Source of the DNA: Candidatus Saccharimonadota bacterium
GTDB taxonomy: Bacteria > Patescibacteriota > Saccharimonadia > Saccharimonadales > Saccharimonadaceae
DNA length: 32,000 nt
Direction of reading: 5' to 3'
NCBI GenBank assembly: GCA_025349965.1
Contig: CP075337.1
Coordinates: forward strand, 720,001-752,000
Positions 31,267 to 32,000 of this stretch are shown here, one piece after another. Each line of letters opens with the position of its first letter. The stretch's first letter is position 1. The notes beneath the pieces were generated by a model. The model had not been told where the DNA came from. It did no database searches and saw nothing but the letters and a program-made list of their open reading frames with translations. Both the position numbers and the translations under genes were made by a program.

Positions 31267-32000
31267 TTATAACACTTGGCAGTGCGGGCAAATGTGGGTG
31301 CCGCGTCCAGCAACACGAATCTTCTCTATAATCGTTCCGCAGCGAGGGCATGGCAGCCCTTCGCGTCGAAAGGCACGCGCAAAGTCCATATAGCTCCCCT
31401 TCTTACCCTCGGCATTGACGTAGGTGTGATTTGAAGAACCACCCTTTTCAATTGCCAAGCTCATGACAGCACGGACTTCGTTATACAAGTCGGTAAATTC
31501 CTGTTCGGTAATAGTTTCAACTTTACGCGTCGGATGCACCTTTGCGCCCCACAGTGCTTCATCGGCATAAATATTACCAATCCCCGCTACCACAGATTGG
31601 TCGAGCAACGCAGCTTTAATGCTCGTCTTTTTTCGTCGTGTAAATCGTTCTTTGAACGCTTCTTTTGTGAAAGACGCATCGAGCGGCTCGGGGCCTACTT
31701 TTTGCATAAACGAAAGTGATGGAATTTCGGCAGTAGGAATAAGTTTCATCCAACCAAATTTGCGCTGGTCATTAAAATAAAGGGCCGCGCCATCTTTAAA
31801 AGACAAGGTCACACGAGTAGATTTATCTGGCAATGTATTAATAAGGCTATCGTTCGGGTGGCCTGCGCCAAATCGGTCATCTGGCGAGACAAAGACCAGC
31901 TGGCCTGTCATTTTTAAATGCACAATCAGCGAGTACCCGGTTGAGAGATCAATCATTAGTACCTTTGCACGGCGTCGCACGCCTGTAATTGTTGCACCTA
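31267..32000 (-). CDS. mutM: Formamidopyrimidine-DNA glycosylase (Fpg/MutM), N-terminus beyond the right window edge
   Basis: RRRAKVLMIDL...LIVHLKMTGQL, H2TH region GIGNIYADEALW, C-terminal zinc finger CPRCGTIIEKIRVAGRGTHICPHCQ. The frame stays open to position 32000. Confidence 0.92.
   Translation of the reverse strand, partial: GATITGVRRRAKVLMIDLSTGYSLIVHLKMTGQLVFVSPDDRFGAGHPNDSLINTLPDKSTRVTLSFKDGAALYFNDQRKFGWMKLIPTAEIPSLSFMQKVGPEPLDASFTKEAFKERFTRRKKTSIKAALLDQSVVAGIGNIYADEALWGAKVHPTRKVETITEQEFTDLYNEVRAVMSLAIEKGGSSNHTYVNAEGKKGSYMDFARAFRREGLPCPRCGTIIEKIRVAGRGTHICPHCQVL

Noticed and set aside
3572-31316. Upstream start codons given by the ORF track: 3572 ychF, 5433 tlyA, 5975 2H copy B, 8137 rpsF, 14319 rnj, 20940, 21380 rpsO, 23082, 29791 pilin, 31316 holA.
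   Set aside because: The track takes the first ATG/GTG/TTG after a stop. Conserved N-termini, SD positions or -10 box positions favour the downstream starts used in the feature list.
1-32000. rRNA, tRNA, tmRNA, SRP RNA, CRISPR arrays and an alternative genetic code (UGA recoding).
   Set aside because: - Intergenic gaps are at most 217 nt and are occupied by promoters, leaders and terminators.
- I found no T-loop (GGTTCGAATCC-like) motif or regularly spaced repeats.
- Conserved genes are full length under the standard code, and TGA terminates the ORF at 8248.

Overview
The window is a compact, almost entirely minus-strand bacterial segment with about 50% GC by rough hand counts. It is dominated by translation and nucleic-acid housekeeping genes: ychF, tlyA, efp, rpsR-ssb-rpsF, ftsK, RNase J, family-4 UDG, an ABC-F ATPase, pnp, FKBP, rpsO, truB, a DHH-like gene, rpsT, holA and mutM (partial). 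The standard genetic code applies, because TGA is used as a stop at 8248. The gene content (RNase J with basic tails, several type IV pilin genes, no outer-membrane genes, tiny intergenic gaps) suggests a Gram-positive-type reduced genome such as Patescibacteria/Saccharibacteria. That is inference only.

Accessory content sits between the housekeeping genes:
- A secreted protein of more than 1100 aa (1-3304) that the ORF track misses, translationally abutted to a small membrane protein.
- Two modular type IV pilins: a complete pilin fused to a BspA-like LRR module at 11253-12011, and one fused to a Fibrobacter-paralogous (TIGR02145-like) lectin-like module at 28676-29764.
- A tightly coupled efp / 2H-phosphoesterase x2 / tlyA operon in which EF-P has Arg at the normally modified loop tip.
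- GC-richer orphan cassettes that split the conserved truB-rpsO-pnp block. They are a 441-aa protein with a transglutaminase-like Cys/His/Asp pattern plus a 70-aa HTH protein, a 223-aa orphan, and a divergently transcribed solitary VirB6/TrbL-like 946-aa membrane protein.

At the regulatory scale, about ten genes have an extended -10 box (TGnTAnAnT) only 6-9 nt from the start codon, which implies leaderless mRNAs. Other genes have clear Shine-Dalgarno leaders.

I saw no rRNA, tRNA, CRISPR array, transposase or integrase. All functional calls come from motif recognition by eye; no database search was possible.
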